A DNA stretch of 64,000 bases from an uncultured Alphaproteobacteria bacterium (GTDB lineage Bacteria; Pseudomonadota; Alphaproteobacteria; Acetobacterales; Acetobacteraceae): contig CAVXNH010000073.1 in assembly GCA_963762885.1 (NCBI GenBank), forward strand, positions 21,993 to 85,992. The letters are read 5' to 3'. Under the pieces are notes generated by a model. That model did not search any database. It was given only the letters and a program-made list of their open reading frames with translations, and had not been told where the DNA came from. This document shows, in pieces, positions 40,349 through 50,700 of this stretch. Position numbers and translations under genes: made by a program. The stretch's first letter is position 1; each line of letters opens with the position of its first letter.

Positions 40349-41425
40349 CTACCGGTTCATCCCGCGCACCGCGTCGCACACCGCCCGCGTCACTTCGACC
40401 GTCGTCGCCTTCCCCCCAAGATCCGGCGTCACCACCCCATCCGCGCACACTTGCTCTACCGCCCGCATCAGCAAAGCCGCGGCCTCCGCCTCGCCGAGGT
40501 GCTCCAGCATCATGGCCCCGGTCCAGAACGTCGCCACCGGGTTGGCGATGCCCTTGCCGGTGATGTCAAATGCGCTGCCATGGATCGGCTCGAACATCGA
40601 CGGCGAGCGCCGTTCCGGGTCGATATTCCCGGTCGGAGCAATGCCCAAGGAGCCGGCCAGAGCCGCGGCCAGGTCGGACAGAATATCAGCGTGCAGGTTG
40701 GTCGCCACGACCGTGTCGATCGACCGCGGCTTGCGCACCATGCGCGTGGTCATCGCGTCCACCAGCTCGCGCTCCCACGCCACGTTGGGGAAGTCGCGCG
40801 ACACCAGCAATGCCATCTCGTCCCAGAACACCATGCCATGCCGCTGCGCATTGGACTTGGTAACCACGGTCAGGTGCTTTGCCGGACGTGCGTCGGCGAG
40901 CGCAAAGGCGTAGCGCATGATCCGCTCGACGCCGCGGCGGGTGAAGATGGCGACCTCGGTCGCCACTTCCTCGGGAAAGCCGCGATGCGAGCGGCCGCCC
41001 TGGCCGGCGTACTCGCCCTCGGAGTTCTCCCGCACGATCACCCAGTCCAGGTCGCCGGGGCCGACGTCGCGCAACGGACTGGTGACGCCCGGCAGGATGC
41101 GCGTGGGACGCACGTTGGCATACTGGTCGAGGCCCTGGCAGATCGGCAGCCGCAACCCCCACAGCGTGACGTGGTCAGGGATGTCGGGGTCGCCGACGGC
41201 GCCGAAATAGATCGCGTCGGCGGTGCGCAGCGAGGCCAGCGCGTCCTCCGGCATGAAGCGGCCGTGCTTGCGGTAGTAGTCGGACCCCCAGTCGTAGTGG
41301 TCCACTTTCAGCGCGAAGCCGCCGTCGCGTGCGGCGACAGCGTCCAGCACTTCCAGGCCGGCGGCGATGACCTCCGGGCCGATGCCGTCGGCGGGGATGG
41401 CGGCGATGCGGTGCTCGCGAGGCAT
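40349..41425 (-). CDS. Tartrate dehydrogenase / D-malate dehydrogenase-like (isocitrate/isopropylmalate dehydrogenase family)
   Basis: MPREHRIAAIPADGIGPEVI...VRENSEGEYAG...NLHADILSDLAAALAGSLGIAPTGNI. Confidence 0.85.
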   Translation of the reverse strand: MPREHRIAAIPADGIGPEVIAAGLEVLDAVAARDGGFALKVDHYDWGSDYYRKHGRFMPEDALASLRTADAIYFGAVGDPDIPDHVTLWGLRLPICQGLDQYANVRPTRILPGVTSPLRDVGPGDLDWVIVRENSEGEYAGQGGRSHRGFPEEVATEVAIFTRRGVERIMRYAFALADARPAKHLTVVTKSNAQRHGMVFWDEMALLVSRDFPNVAWERELVDAMTTRMVRKPRSIDTVVATNLHADILSDLAAALAGSLGIAPTGNIDPERRSPSMFEPIHGSAFDITGKGIANPVATFWTGAMMLEHLGEAEAAALLMRAVEQVCADGVVTPDLGGKATTVEVTRAVCDAVRGMNR

Positions 41426-41483
41426 GGCGCTGGTCCTTGGCTGGTGCGGTGCGTGACGTTCGTAGCGCCGGTTGTCCCAGGCG

Positions 41484-42692
41484 TCACGACCCACCCGCGG
41501 CAATCTTCTCGATCTCGGCATCCGCGAACCCGGCTTCGCGCAGCACTTCCTGCGTGTGCTGCCCGAGCGTCGGCCATAGTCGGCGTACCTCCGGTGGGCT
41601 GGCGGAGAACTCCGGCGCAATCGCCGGCACGGTGACGCGGCCCTCCACCGGATGCTGCGCATGCTGGAAAAACCCGGTGTCGCGCAAGTACTCGTCGTCG
41701 AACAGGTCGGCCAAACTGTTCGCCTTGCCGCAGGGAATGTCGGCCGCGGTGAGGATGGTCAGCCATTCGTCGGTGGTGCGCGCGCGCAGACCATCGGTCA
41801 GCACCGCCAGCACCGCATCGACGTTGATGGCGCGTGCGGCGATGCTGGTGAAACGCGGGTCGCTGATCAACTCCGGGCGGCCCAGGGCGGTCAATAGCCG
41901 GGCATACTGCGCATCGCTGGACGCGATCACGCTGATGAAGCCGTCCTTGGTCGGATAGGGGCGGCGATGCGGCGTCATCATGCGCGGATAGCCGACGCCA
42001 CGTTCGGTTTCTCCCAGCGTGGCCCACCACAAATGCTCGATCAGCAGAAACGACAGCGTGGTTTCGAGCATCGGCACGTGGACCTCCTGGCCCTGGCCGG
42101 TGCGCTCGCGGTGGAACAGCGCCATGCCGATCATCGAGCCCAGCATGTGGCCGGTCAGCTTGTCCACCAATACGGTCGGCGCGTAGCGCGGCGCGCCATC
42201 CGGCCCGGCGTTCAGCGACGGCAGACCGCTGAGCCCCTGGATCAGGTCGTCGAACGCCGGCGCGTCCTCGCGCGCGCTGCCCTTGCGAAATCCCGAGGCG
42301 CTGGCGTGGATCAGCCGCGGGTTGCGTGCCGACAACGTGGCGTAGTCCAGTCCCAGTCGCTTCGCCGCGCTGCGCCGCATGTTGTGCACGAACACGTCGG
42401 CGCCATCGATCAGCCGCAGCAGCGCGTCCTTCGCCGCCGGCTGCTTCAGGTCCAGCACCACGCTGCGCTTGTTGCGGTTGAGGTTGGCGAAGTAGCTGCC
42501 CATGCCCTGCGTGCGCGACGGACCGATCCAGCGGGTGTCGTCGCCGCGCGGACTTTCCACCTTGATCACGTCGGCGCCGAGGTCGCCCAGCATCTGCGTG
42601 GCATATGGCCCCAGCACGACGCTGGTAACGTCGATGACCCGAACACCCGCGAGCGGTCCGGTGGCGGGCTTTTCATCCATGTGCCGCATCAT
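41484..42692 (-). CDS. Family III CoA-transferase (CaiB/BaiF type)
   Basis: GPLAGVRVIDVTSVVLGPYATQMLGDLGADVIKVE... Confidence 0.85.
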   Translation of the reverse strand: MMRHMDEKPATGPLAGVRVIDVTSVVLGPYATQMLGDLGADVIKVESPRGDDTRWIGPSRTQGMGSYFANLNRNKRSVVLDLKQPAAKDALLRLIDGADVFVHNMRRSAAKRLGLDYATLSARNPRLIHASASGFRKGSAREDAPAFDDLIQGLSGLPSLNAGPDGAPRYAPTVLVDKLTGHMLGSMIGMALFHRERTGQGQEVHVPMLETTLSFLLIEHLWWATLGETERGVGYPRMMTPHRRPYPTKDGFISVIASSDAQYARLLTALGRPELISDPRFTSIAARAINVDAVLAVLTDGLRARTTDEWLTILTAADIPCGKANSLADLFDDEYLRDTGFFQHAQHPVEGRVTVPAIAPEFSASPPEVRRLWPTLGQHTQEVLREAGFADAEIEKIAAGGS

Positions 42693-42720
42693 AATCCCCT
42701 GGACGTGGTCTCGTTCTGCC

Positions 42721-42797
42721 TGTCATTGCGAGGAGCGCAGCGACAACGCAAACTCCCGCGGGAGATTGCTTTGTCGCTGCGCTCCTCGCAATGACAG
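42721..42797. repeat. REP family C copy (palindrome)
   Basis: tgtcattgcgaggagcgcagcgacaacgcaaactcccgcgggagattgctttgtcgctgcgctcctcgcaatgaca. Confidence 0.85.
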
Positions 42798-42828
42798 GAA
42801 ACTCCGACACGGTAGGAAACCCGACACC

Positions 42829-43869
42829 ATGCCCAGCTTGATCCTCACCGGCGACGTCAACCTGATGAACGTGGACGATCCCTCGGTGCCGTTCGCCCGC
42901 GTGCGTGACGCATTCCGCGATGCCGAACTGGTGTTCTCCAACCTGGAATGCTGCCTCTACCAGCCACCACGTGGCCACTCGTTTCATAACGAGGGCTTCT
43001 TCGCCGATCCGTCAATCGGCGGCGAGGCGTTGCGCATGGCAGGCATCGGTGCGGTCGGCATCGCCAACAACGTGAACTATGGCGAGGCGGCGATCCTGGC
43101 TTCGGTCGCGCGGCTTGATGCGATCGGCATGCCGCATACCGGCGCCGGGGCGAACCTCGCGGCGGCACGCGCGCCCGTGCTGTTGCAACGCGGCGGCCTG
43201 CGCTTCGGGTTTCTGCAACGCAGTTCGGTGTATTGGCCGACCAACCACGAGGCCGGACCTGATGATCCAGGCATCGCGGTGATCCGCGGCCACACCGCCT
43301 ATCAGGTGCCGATGCACAAGATACGCCCGGAGATTCCACCGATGAACCGGCCGGGCATTCCTCCTGTTGTCGTCACCTGGGCCGATGCGGACTACCTGCG
43401 CGCCTTCACCGAAGAGGTCGCCGCGTTGCGCGCGCAAGCCGATGTGGTTGTGGCGTCGTGCCATTGGGGTCTGGGCAAGGACGTGCTGGCCTATATGCGG
43501 GAGATCGCGCACGCCGCGATCGACGCCGGCGCCGACATCGTGATCGGGCACGGTCCGCATTACTCGCTGCCTGTGGAGGCGTATCGTGGCAAGCCGATCT
43601 TTTACGGCCTGGGCAGTTTCTCCTTCCACACCGGGCATGGCGGGCGTCAGCACGGAGATTGGATCGGCATGATGGCACGCGCACGCTTCGACGGCGCGCG
43701 ATTGGCAGAAGCCGGTTTCCGCTTCGTCCGTCACAACGAACGCAACGAAACCGTGCCATGCGCACTGGCCGCGGAACAAGCGGAATTCGCGGATATCAGA
43801 CAGCGGAGCGAGGCGTTCGGAACGCGGTTGATCGCCGCCGGCGACGATGTGCGCGTGGAGCTTGGATAG
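42829..43869 (+). CDS. CapA-family (PGA_cap metallophosphatase-like) protein
   Basis: MPSLILTGDVNL...VFSNLEC...GIANNVNYG...VASCHWGLG...VIGHGPH. Confidence 0.65.
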   Translation: MPSLILTGDVNLMNVDDPSVPFARVRDAFRDAELVFSNLECCLYQPPRGHSFHNEGFFADPSIGGEALRMAGIGAVGIANNVNYGEAAILASVARLDAIGMPHTGAGANLAAARAPVLLQRGGLRFGFLQRSSVYWPTNHEAGPDDPGIAVIRGHTAYQVPMHKIRPEIPPMNRPGIPPVVVTWADADYLRAFTEEVAALRAQADVVVASCHWGLGKDVLAYMREIAHAAIDAGADIVIGHGPHYSLPVEAYRGKPIFYGLGSFSFHTGHGGRQHGDWIGMMARARFDGARLAEAGFRFVRHNERNETVPCALAAEQAEFADIRQRSEAFGTRLIAAGDDVRVELG

Positions 43870-43916
43870 ACGCCGCACATCGCGCGGCGCTTCGGCAGCG
43901 ACTGCTGGGCCCGTAA

Positions 43917-44060
43917 GCTTTTAACACGGAGGCAGATCGAGAGCCGCGGAGAGCCGCGGAGGCAATTTGACTGCACACCGAAATGAGTGAGGCACGGGCG
44001 ATGCGGCACGCACGGCTCCGTGGCGCTTCGTGGCACTCGCGCTTCCTCCGTGTTAAAAAC
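43917..44060. repeat. REP/MITE-like family E copy
   Basis: cttttaacacggaggcagatcgagagccgcggag ... cgcgcttcctccgtgttaaaaac. Confidence 0.75.
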
Positions 44061-44181
44061 GTTGTCGCGGTGCCGCCGACCCACAAGACCATCCGCGGTC
44101 CTGGCAAACTGCGACCGCTCCCCGCGTTGACATCGCGCACCGCCCGTTCGGTAATCCCTGCATCATGGCACGGAACGTCCG

Positions 44182-45352
44182 ATGAATGTCCTCACCAGGC
44201 CGGACCCGGTCGCGCGGGCGCGTGATCTGGCCGCCTCCATCTCCTCCGCCGCGGACGAGATCGAACGCACCCAGAAAATTCCCGAGCCCCTGCTCAGCGA
44301 ACTGCACGCATCCCGCCTGTGCCGCATGTTCCTGCCGCGCGCGGTGGACGGCGACGAGGTCGAACCCTGGGTGTATTTCCGCGCCCTCGAGGAAGTCAGC
44401 CGGCACGATGGCTCGTTCGGCTGGAACCTGTTCGTCTGCAACAGCATGTCGCTGATCGCGCCGTTCCTCGATCCCGAAACGATGCATACGATCTTCGACG
44501 ATCCCCGTACCATCGTCACCTGGGGTCCGCCCAACGCAAGCAAGGCGATCGCCGTCCCCGGCGGCTATCGCATCAGCGGCGAATGGAACTTCGCCAGCGG
44601 CTGCCGCCAAGCCAACTGGATGGGTGCGCACGCGAACGTCGTTGAGCCGGACGGATCGCTCCGGTTGAACGCCGCGGGCCGCCCGATCGTGCGTACAGCT
44701 GCTGTTCCCCGCAGAGCACGCGACGCATGTCCTCAACTGGAATACCATCGGCATGCGTGGCACAGCATCCGAGGGCTACTCGCTGGACAACCTGTTCGTG
44801 CCGGAAGCGTTCAGCTCGACCCGCGAGGATCAGACGCTACGGCGGCTCCCCGGCCGGCTCTACGCGTTTCCCCAGCAAGGCCTGTATCCGGTCGGCGTAG
44901 CCGGCGTGGCATGCGGTATCGCGCGTGCCATGCTCGATGCATTTGTCGAGCTGGCAACACGCAAGTCGCCGCGCGGCCTGGAACGGCTGGCAGACAACGC
45001 GGTGGTACAGAGCAATGTCGCGCGCATGCAGGGACGGCTCGGTGCCGGCCGCGCCTATCTGGTGGAAACGCTGATGGACGTCTGGGCCACGGCGGACGAC
45101 ACCGGCGTGATCGACATTCCGCAGCGGGCGCGGGTTCGGTTGGCCTGCGCGCACGCGATCCACGAAGCGATTGCCGTGGCGGACTTTACCTACAAAGCGG
45201 CCGGCACCGACGCGATCTTCCCCGGCACGCCATTCGAACGCCGCTTCCGCGACATGCACACGCTATCGCAGCAGATCCAGTCTCGCGACGCACATTTCGA
45301 AGCCGTCGGCCGCATATTGTGCGGTATCGAGCCGGAGGGAACGTTCTTTTAG
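44182..45352 (+). pseudogene. Acyl-CoA dehydrogenase-fold flavoprotein (monooxygenase-like); frameshifted as assembled
   Basis: The N-terminal frame (to ~44700) and ORF 44753-45352 join as ...GRPIVRT/LLFPAEHATHVLNWNTIGMRGTASEGYSL... The C-terminus ...ERRFRDMHTLSQQIQ is typical of this fold. Confidence 0.65.
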
Positions 45353-45428
45353 ATTGCTGCGCTCGGATGAGCCATAACGCCAAGCGGCACGAGCACACGT
45401 CTCGGGGCCGCCCGTCCCTCAACCGATT

Positions 45429-45743
45429 TTATTGGGCGGCGTTTGACAGTGGACGCATTTGTATCGCGAATTCAACCGTGCTCAGCTTGCCATCCCAATA
45501 GGCGATCAGTGCTGCCCGGTTCTCGATGATCCATTGAGAAACCAGTGCGAAGTCGCGCTGCGGCAACGCGCCGCCGACAACCCGTGGCGCCGGACGAATT
45601 GCCACCACCGCGGTGTTGGTGGAGTCCATGCGGTCGCCCGGCGTGAGACAGACCTTTACACGCGCATCGTGCCGCGCGCGCCCGCGCGGACTGACCCAAA
45701 CCGTCATGGGAAGGCCGGTATCACGGGGGTAAAGGTTTGCCAT
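45429..45743 (-). CDS. DUF4160-domain protein
   Basis: MANLYPRDTGLPMTVWVSPRGRARHDARVKVCL...; 104 aa. No DUF2442-like partner downstream. Confidence 0.6.
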   Translation of the reverse strand: MANLYPRDTGLPMTVWVSPRGRARHDARVKVCLTPGDRMDSTNTAVVAIRPAPRVVGGALPQRDFALVSQWIIENRAALIAYWDGKLSTVEFAIQMRPLSNAAQ

Positions 45744-45978
45744 CTCGATATCGTCTTGCTCGTTAGCGCGCCGAGCCTTAACGATCCGTTGCGAACCTCC
45801 GCTATTCTTCAAGGCAAGCCTGGGTTCCGACATGGCAGCTTTTCTCCGGAGCGCAACATAGCAGGATGCGATGAGACAAGCCACTTTCCTGACGTGGCAC
45901 AGGCAGCCGAGAAACGCCGATTGACGCGCAGCTACCGCTCGGTATCGTCTTGCCCCGAAGGGTAAGGAGACTGCCGCG

Positions 45979-47280
45979 ATGTCCGAACTGAAGCCGATCA
46001 CCGTCATCTACCCGGTCATGCCAGCGAAGGACGAGGCCGAACGCGCCGCGCTGCGCCCGATCGGCCGCAACCGGCAACTTTACCAGAACGCGATCCACGG
46101 CGCGTCCGACATCGTGCGCGCCGCCGACGAATTGGGGCTGTGGGGCATCGCCACGATAGAGCACCACTTCTGGTCGGAAGGCTATGAAGTCGCGCCGGCG
46201 CCCAGCGTCGTCCAGGCCTATTGGGCGGCGATCACCAAGCGCATCAATGTCGGCGTGATCGGCTATGTGATGGCGACGCACAATCCGATCCGCGTCGCGG
46301 AAGAAACCGCGGTGATCGATCAGCTCGCGCAGGGCCGCAGCTTCGTCGGGCTGGCGCGCGGTTACCAATCGCGCTGGACCAACGTGCTCGGCCAGCATTT
46401 CGGCACCCGCGCGACCAAGTCGCCCTCCGCCGCGGTGTACAATGCGCAGACCCAACTCGCCGGGTTCTCTCAGGCCACCACGCTGGAGAAAGACCTCGCC
46501 GACGATGCGAAGAACCGTCGCATCTTCGAGGACCATGTCGAGCTGATGCTCAAGGCCTGGACCCAGGAAAGCTTCGACCACAAGAGCGATAACTGGCAGA
46601 TCCCCTATCCCTACGACACTGGCGTCGACGACTGGCCGCTGGCGCGTGCCGGCGTGACGCAGAAATTCGGCGCGCCGGGCGAGATCGACGCGCAGGGCCA
46701 TACAAGGCGCGTGGCGGTGTGCCCGGCGCCGTGGACGCAACCGCACCCGCCGGTGTTCATCTCCGGCAGCGGCAGTCCGGAAACCATTGCCTTCTGCGGC
46801 AAGCACGGTTTCGTGCCGACGTACTTTACCAACATCCAATCCGCCGGCCCGCTGGCGGAGACCTATCGCAAGGCCGCTGCGGCGCAGGGGCGCTCGTTCC
46901 TGCCGGGTCAGAACCAGTGCATGGTGCGCTGGATCCAGATCGGCAAGACGCGCGAGGATGCACTGGACCGCATTCGAAACTATGACCTCGATATCTGGAA
47001 GAATTTCTATGCCGCGATGGGCCGGCGGAAGGTGGAGAACGACGACTATTTCGGCTCGCTGGTGAGCTCGGGACTGTTCGTGTTCGGCTCGGTGGACGAA
47101 GTGCGCCACGAGCTGCTGGAGCAATGGCGGGTGTTCCCGGCGGAATACATCACGCTGATCAACCACTACGCCCAGACGCCGAAGGATGTTGTGATCGAGA
47201 CGCTGGATACGTTCCAGCGCCACGTGAAGCCGGCGCTGGACGAGGTGATCTACAACGCGACCCGGCAGGCGGCGGAGTAG
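45979..47280 (+). CDS. Luciferase-like (LLM class) flavin-dependent oxidoreductase
   Basis: AAGGAGA then ATG 45979. ...GLWGIATIEHHFWSEGYEV...GRSFVGLARGYQSRW... Confidence 0.8.
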   Translation: MSELKPITVIYPVMPAKDEAERAALRPIGRNRQLYQNAIHGASDIVRAADELGLWGIATIEHHFWSEGYEVAPAPSVVQAYWAAITKRINVGVIGYVMATHNPIRVAEETAVIDQLAQGRSFVGLARGYQSRWTNVLGQHFGTRATKSPSAAVYNAQTQLAGFSQATTLEKDLADDAKNRRIFEDHVELMLKAWTQESFDHKSDNWQIPYPYDTGVDDWPLARAGVTQKFGAPGEIDAQGHTRRVAVCPAPWTQPHPPVFISGSGSPETIAFCGKHGFVPTYFTNIQSAGPLAETYRKAAAAQGRSFLPGQNQCMVRWIQIGKTREDALDRIRNYDLDIWKNFYAAMGRRKVENDDYFGSLVSSGLFVFGSVDEVRHELLEQWRVFPAEYITLINHYAQTPKDVVIETLDTFQRHVKPALDEVIYNATRQAAE

Positions 47281-47330
47281 CGGCGGAGGCTGCTATACCA
47301 AGCGCCACCGAGACTGTCCTACGGCAGGAC

Positions 47331-47663
47331 GCCACCCGCGCCATCGTCACGGCGACCCGCCCCCTCGTCACGGCGACCACCCCCCCATCGTCATGGCCGG
47401 CCTTGTGCCGGCCATCCACGCCTTTGCTGCGGAGGCCACGGAAAGGCGTGGATGGCCGGCACAAGGCCGGCCATGACGATGGGGTGGGAGGGAGGCCATG
47501 ACGATGGGGTGGGAGGCCATGACGATGGGGTGGGGAGGCCGTGACGATGGGGTAGGAGGCCGTGACGATGAGGTGGGAGGCCATGACGATGAGGTGGGAG
47601 GCCGTGACAATGGGGTGGGAGGCCGTGACGATGGGGTGGGTGGCCATGACGAGGGGGCGGGTG
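47331..47663. repeat. Asymmetric palindrome: 3 inverted + 9 direct copies of a 21-bp unit around a REP-B hairpin
   Basis: Right arm 47471-47663: nine tandem units of cc(a/g)tgacgatg(g/a)ggtgggagg. Left arm 47331-47395: three reverse-complement units. Centre 47388-47478: cgtcatggccggccttgtgccggccatccacgcc ... ggcgtggatggccggcacaaggccggccatgacg. Confidence 0.85.
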
Positions 47664-47723
47664 GCACCGTCGGCAGGTCAGTCTCAAGGGCGCTTCGTAT
47701 AAGAGCGCCGGGCCGCTGCCCGG

Positions 47724-50700
47724 TCAGGCAACACGGCGCTCGGCAGCGTCGGCCAGGTAGCTGGTTCTGCCGCCGACGTGCAGCACCAGCTCCATCGCTC
47801 CATCGAAGCCATCGAACAAAGTTGGCGACAGGGTCGCGTTGCCATCGGTCCAGCGCAAGCCGTCCGCCACCTCGAACGCATGGAACCCCTCGATCAGCCG
47901 CGCGTCCTCCGCCTCCACCACGCGGAACCGTGCTCCCTGGCGCAGCGCGATGCACCGCAGTGCCACCCCGAGTGAACGCGGATCGCGCGCCATACCCAGT
48001 TCCGCCGGCGTGCCAGCCCGCGACATCACGCTCACGCAGCCATGTGCATCCGGCAGAGCGAAGACCTGTGCCGTGCCATGGCGCGAAGACGCATCGATCC
48101 GCTCGCCGTCCACCAGCAGATGCAGATCGGGATCCTCGGTAAGCGATTGTCCGGGTCGAGGGCCGGCACGGTCCATCAGGTGCGTCCAGGCCGCATCGAC
48201 GATCGGCCCACCGGTCAGCACCGGCGCGCACGTCGCCTGCGGCGGCTGGTCCCAGGCGCTATTGGCGTTCTGGAACAACCAGCGATTGCCATCGTCGCGG
48301 TAGCTCTCTGCCGGCGCCCCGTTCGCCACCATCACGTCGTGGCGGTCCAACTCGACATGGTACAGCGAGACCTCCTGCGCGCGGTCGTCCCACAGGATCG
48401 AGCGGTGATTGACCAGGAACTCCACCGGGATCAGCACGCCGTCCAGATACAGCGAGTGTCCCTTGGTCACGTGCAGGTCGCGCGCCGGCACGTTGTCCGC
48501 CAGTGCGTTCTTGCGCACGATGACCGGCGTCGCCGCGCTGCGCCGGCCGCGCGTCGCCAGCACCCTGCCGACACCGATCCAGGTGATCGGGCGCGTGCCG
48601 CCATCCCAGGTCAGCACCGTATCGCCAACGGCCAAACGCTCGACCGGCACTTCGCCGCCGGGCGTGCGGATCAGCGAACCCGCGCAGAAACACAGCTCGT
48701 TGGTGTCCACGAAGTCCGCCGTCGTCAGTGTCGTACCCGCGGCGACATCGACCGTCAGCGTGCCCACGGTGTTGCCGTTCTGGATCACCGACACGATCGA
48801 GCCGTCGATGCTGAACGTCGCCGCCCCGTCGGTGTCCACCGCGATCCTGTCGCCGGCCGTGAAGTTCGCGATCACCCCGTTGAAATTGTCGATCGACGGA
48901 GTGCCGTAATTGGTGTTCGTGCTCGTGACGAAGCTGGTCCCGCTGTCCGGCGTGTCGATCGTCTGCAACGCGTCGATGCCGATCGTCAGCTTGTCGTCGC
49001 TGCCCAGCGTGAAGGTCTGCCCGCTGACCGTGCCGGCGTTCAGGGTCAGGCTGTCGTTGGAGCCGAGGCTGAACGAGCCGCCGCCGGAGATGATCGGCGT
49101 ATCGAAGGTCAGCGTATGGCTGTTGGGAATGACCAACTCGCCGGAGTTGAACAGATACGCGGCGAGTTGATCGACGCCGGTGGCGCCGATCGGCAGCGGG
49201 TTGCTGTCGGCGTTGCTGAGAAAGGGCGACGGATCGGCGAAGCTGTTGATGGCGCCGGAGGAGTCGGGGCCGAAACTGATGCCGCCGTTGTTCTGGATGT
49301 AGTCGACGCCGTAGCCGATATTGAGCACGCCGAAGCCGTTGAAGCCGACCCAGATGTTGCCGTCGAAGGTGATGGTGCCGGTGGTGTCCTCGATGTCGAC
49401 GTTGCCGGTGCCGCTGCCGGCGTTGGCGATGTTGAGGTCGCCGCCGATGGTGACGTTGGCGCCGTTGAGGATGGAGAGCTCGCCGGAGCCTGAGTTGCCG
49501 ACCGAGACGGTGCCGGTCGTGGTGAGATCGGCGTTGGGGCCAGAGACGGTGACGATGCCGGCGCCGGTCGCGCCGACGCCGTCGTCGAGCGTGGCGGCGG
49601 AGACCGTGGCGCCGCTGGTGATCGCAAGCAATCCGGTGGCGGCGTTCCCGACGTCCAGCGCGCCGGTGACGTCCCACGCGGAGGACTCCCCGCTGACATT
49701 GACCGAGGACCCGTCGGAGCCGACCTGGTTGGCGATGACGGCGCCCGGCAGCCCGGTGGTGCCCGGATCGGTCTCGACCGCCGCACCGGACTGGATAGCG
49801 AGGCTGCCGAGCCCGGCATCGCCCACGACGAACTGGCCGGTGTTGGACAGCAACGAGAGGCCGCTGACCGTGGCATCGCCCTCGCTGCCGGCGGCTACGG
49901 CAATATCGAAACCCTGAGACGGTGGCGCCGTGTTGCCGCCGGTAAACACCGTGGCCTGGTCTTCGATGCGCAGATGACCGTCACCGCCGTCGCCGACCTC
50001 GATGCCGCCGCCCGCGTTGACGACCGACGCCGCACCCGTCACCGTCAACGAGCCGTCGCCGCCGGCGTCGACACCCAGGATATCGACCGCGGCATCAGTC
50101 ACGGTTGCCCCGTCGGCGACGGTCATTTCGCCCGTGCCGCCGCCGCCGATCTGTAGCGAACCGTCGGCGCCGGTATTCTGGATCACCGTATCGCCGCCAG
50201 CTTCCCACAGGTATCCGCTGTCGCCGGTTACTGCTCCGACCGACACGCCCTCGGCATTGATCGTCGCTCCGCTCTCGACGAGCATGGTCGCGTCGGAGGT
50301 CGAATCGACGTCGATGCTGCCGGACGCATCGATCGTTGAAGCGATGACGGTCAGGTTGCCGGAGTCGGTGATCGCCAGCGGATCGCCCTCACCGGCGAGC
50401 GTCAGCACCGCGCCGTTTTGCAGCACCCACTCGCCCGTTCCGCTGAACACGGCGTTCATGCCGGTGGCGGCGCCGGTCATGATGCCGGCGGTTGGCAGGT
50501 TGAATGTCAGTGTCTCGTGCGCATCGGGCACCGTGACCGGCTGCCAGTCGCCAGAGGTGCCGAGGCCCGTGCCGTCCGCGCCGGTCCAGGTCAGGTCCGT
50601 GATGGCTGCGCCGCCGAGCAGAACGCCGTCTTCGAACCCGTCGCCGCTGGTGCTCGTCACCAAGGTCTGGGTGACGGACACCCGCTCCCCGTTGGTTCCG

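Noticed and set aside
45802-47223. 473-aa ORF on the minus strand
   Set aside because: It is antisense to the LLM oxidoreductase gene, whose own frame has the family's motifs and a good RBS.
47471-47663. Possible CRISPR array
   Set aside because: The repeats are directly tandem with no spacers, the unit is only 21 bp, and no cas genes are present.
47368-48231. Proline-rich ORFs (PPTPSSWPPTPSSRPP…, HPIVMAS…) across the 21-bp repeats
   Set aside because: The periodic peptide is a direct consequence of translating the 21-bp (7-codon) tandem repeat and REP hairpin. There is no start context, and it overlaps the 3' end of the giant gene.
48303-48692. True intein (protein-splicing element) interpretation of the Hint domain
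   Set aside because: There is no host protein whose sequence resumes after the domain, no homing-endonuclease insert, and no terminal His-Asn + Cys/Ser/Thr junction that I can see. The architecture fits a BIL/Hint_2-type processing domain.
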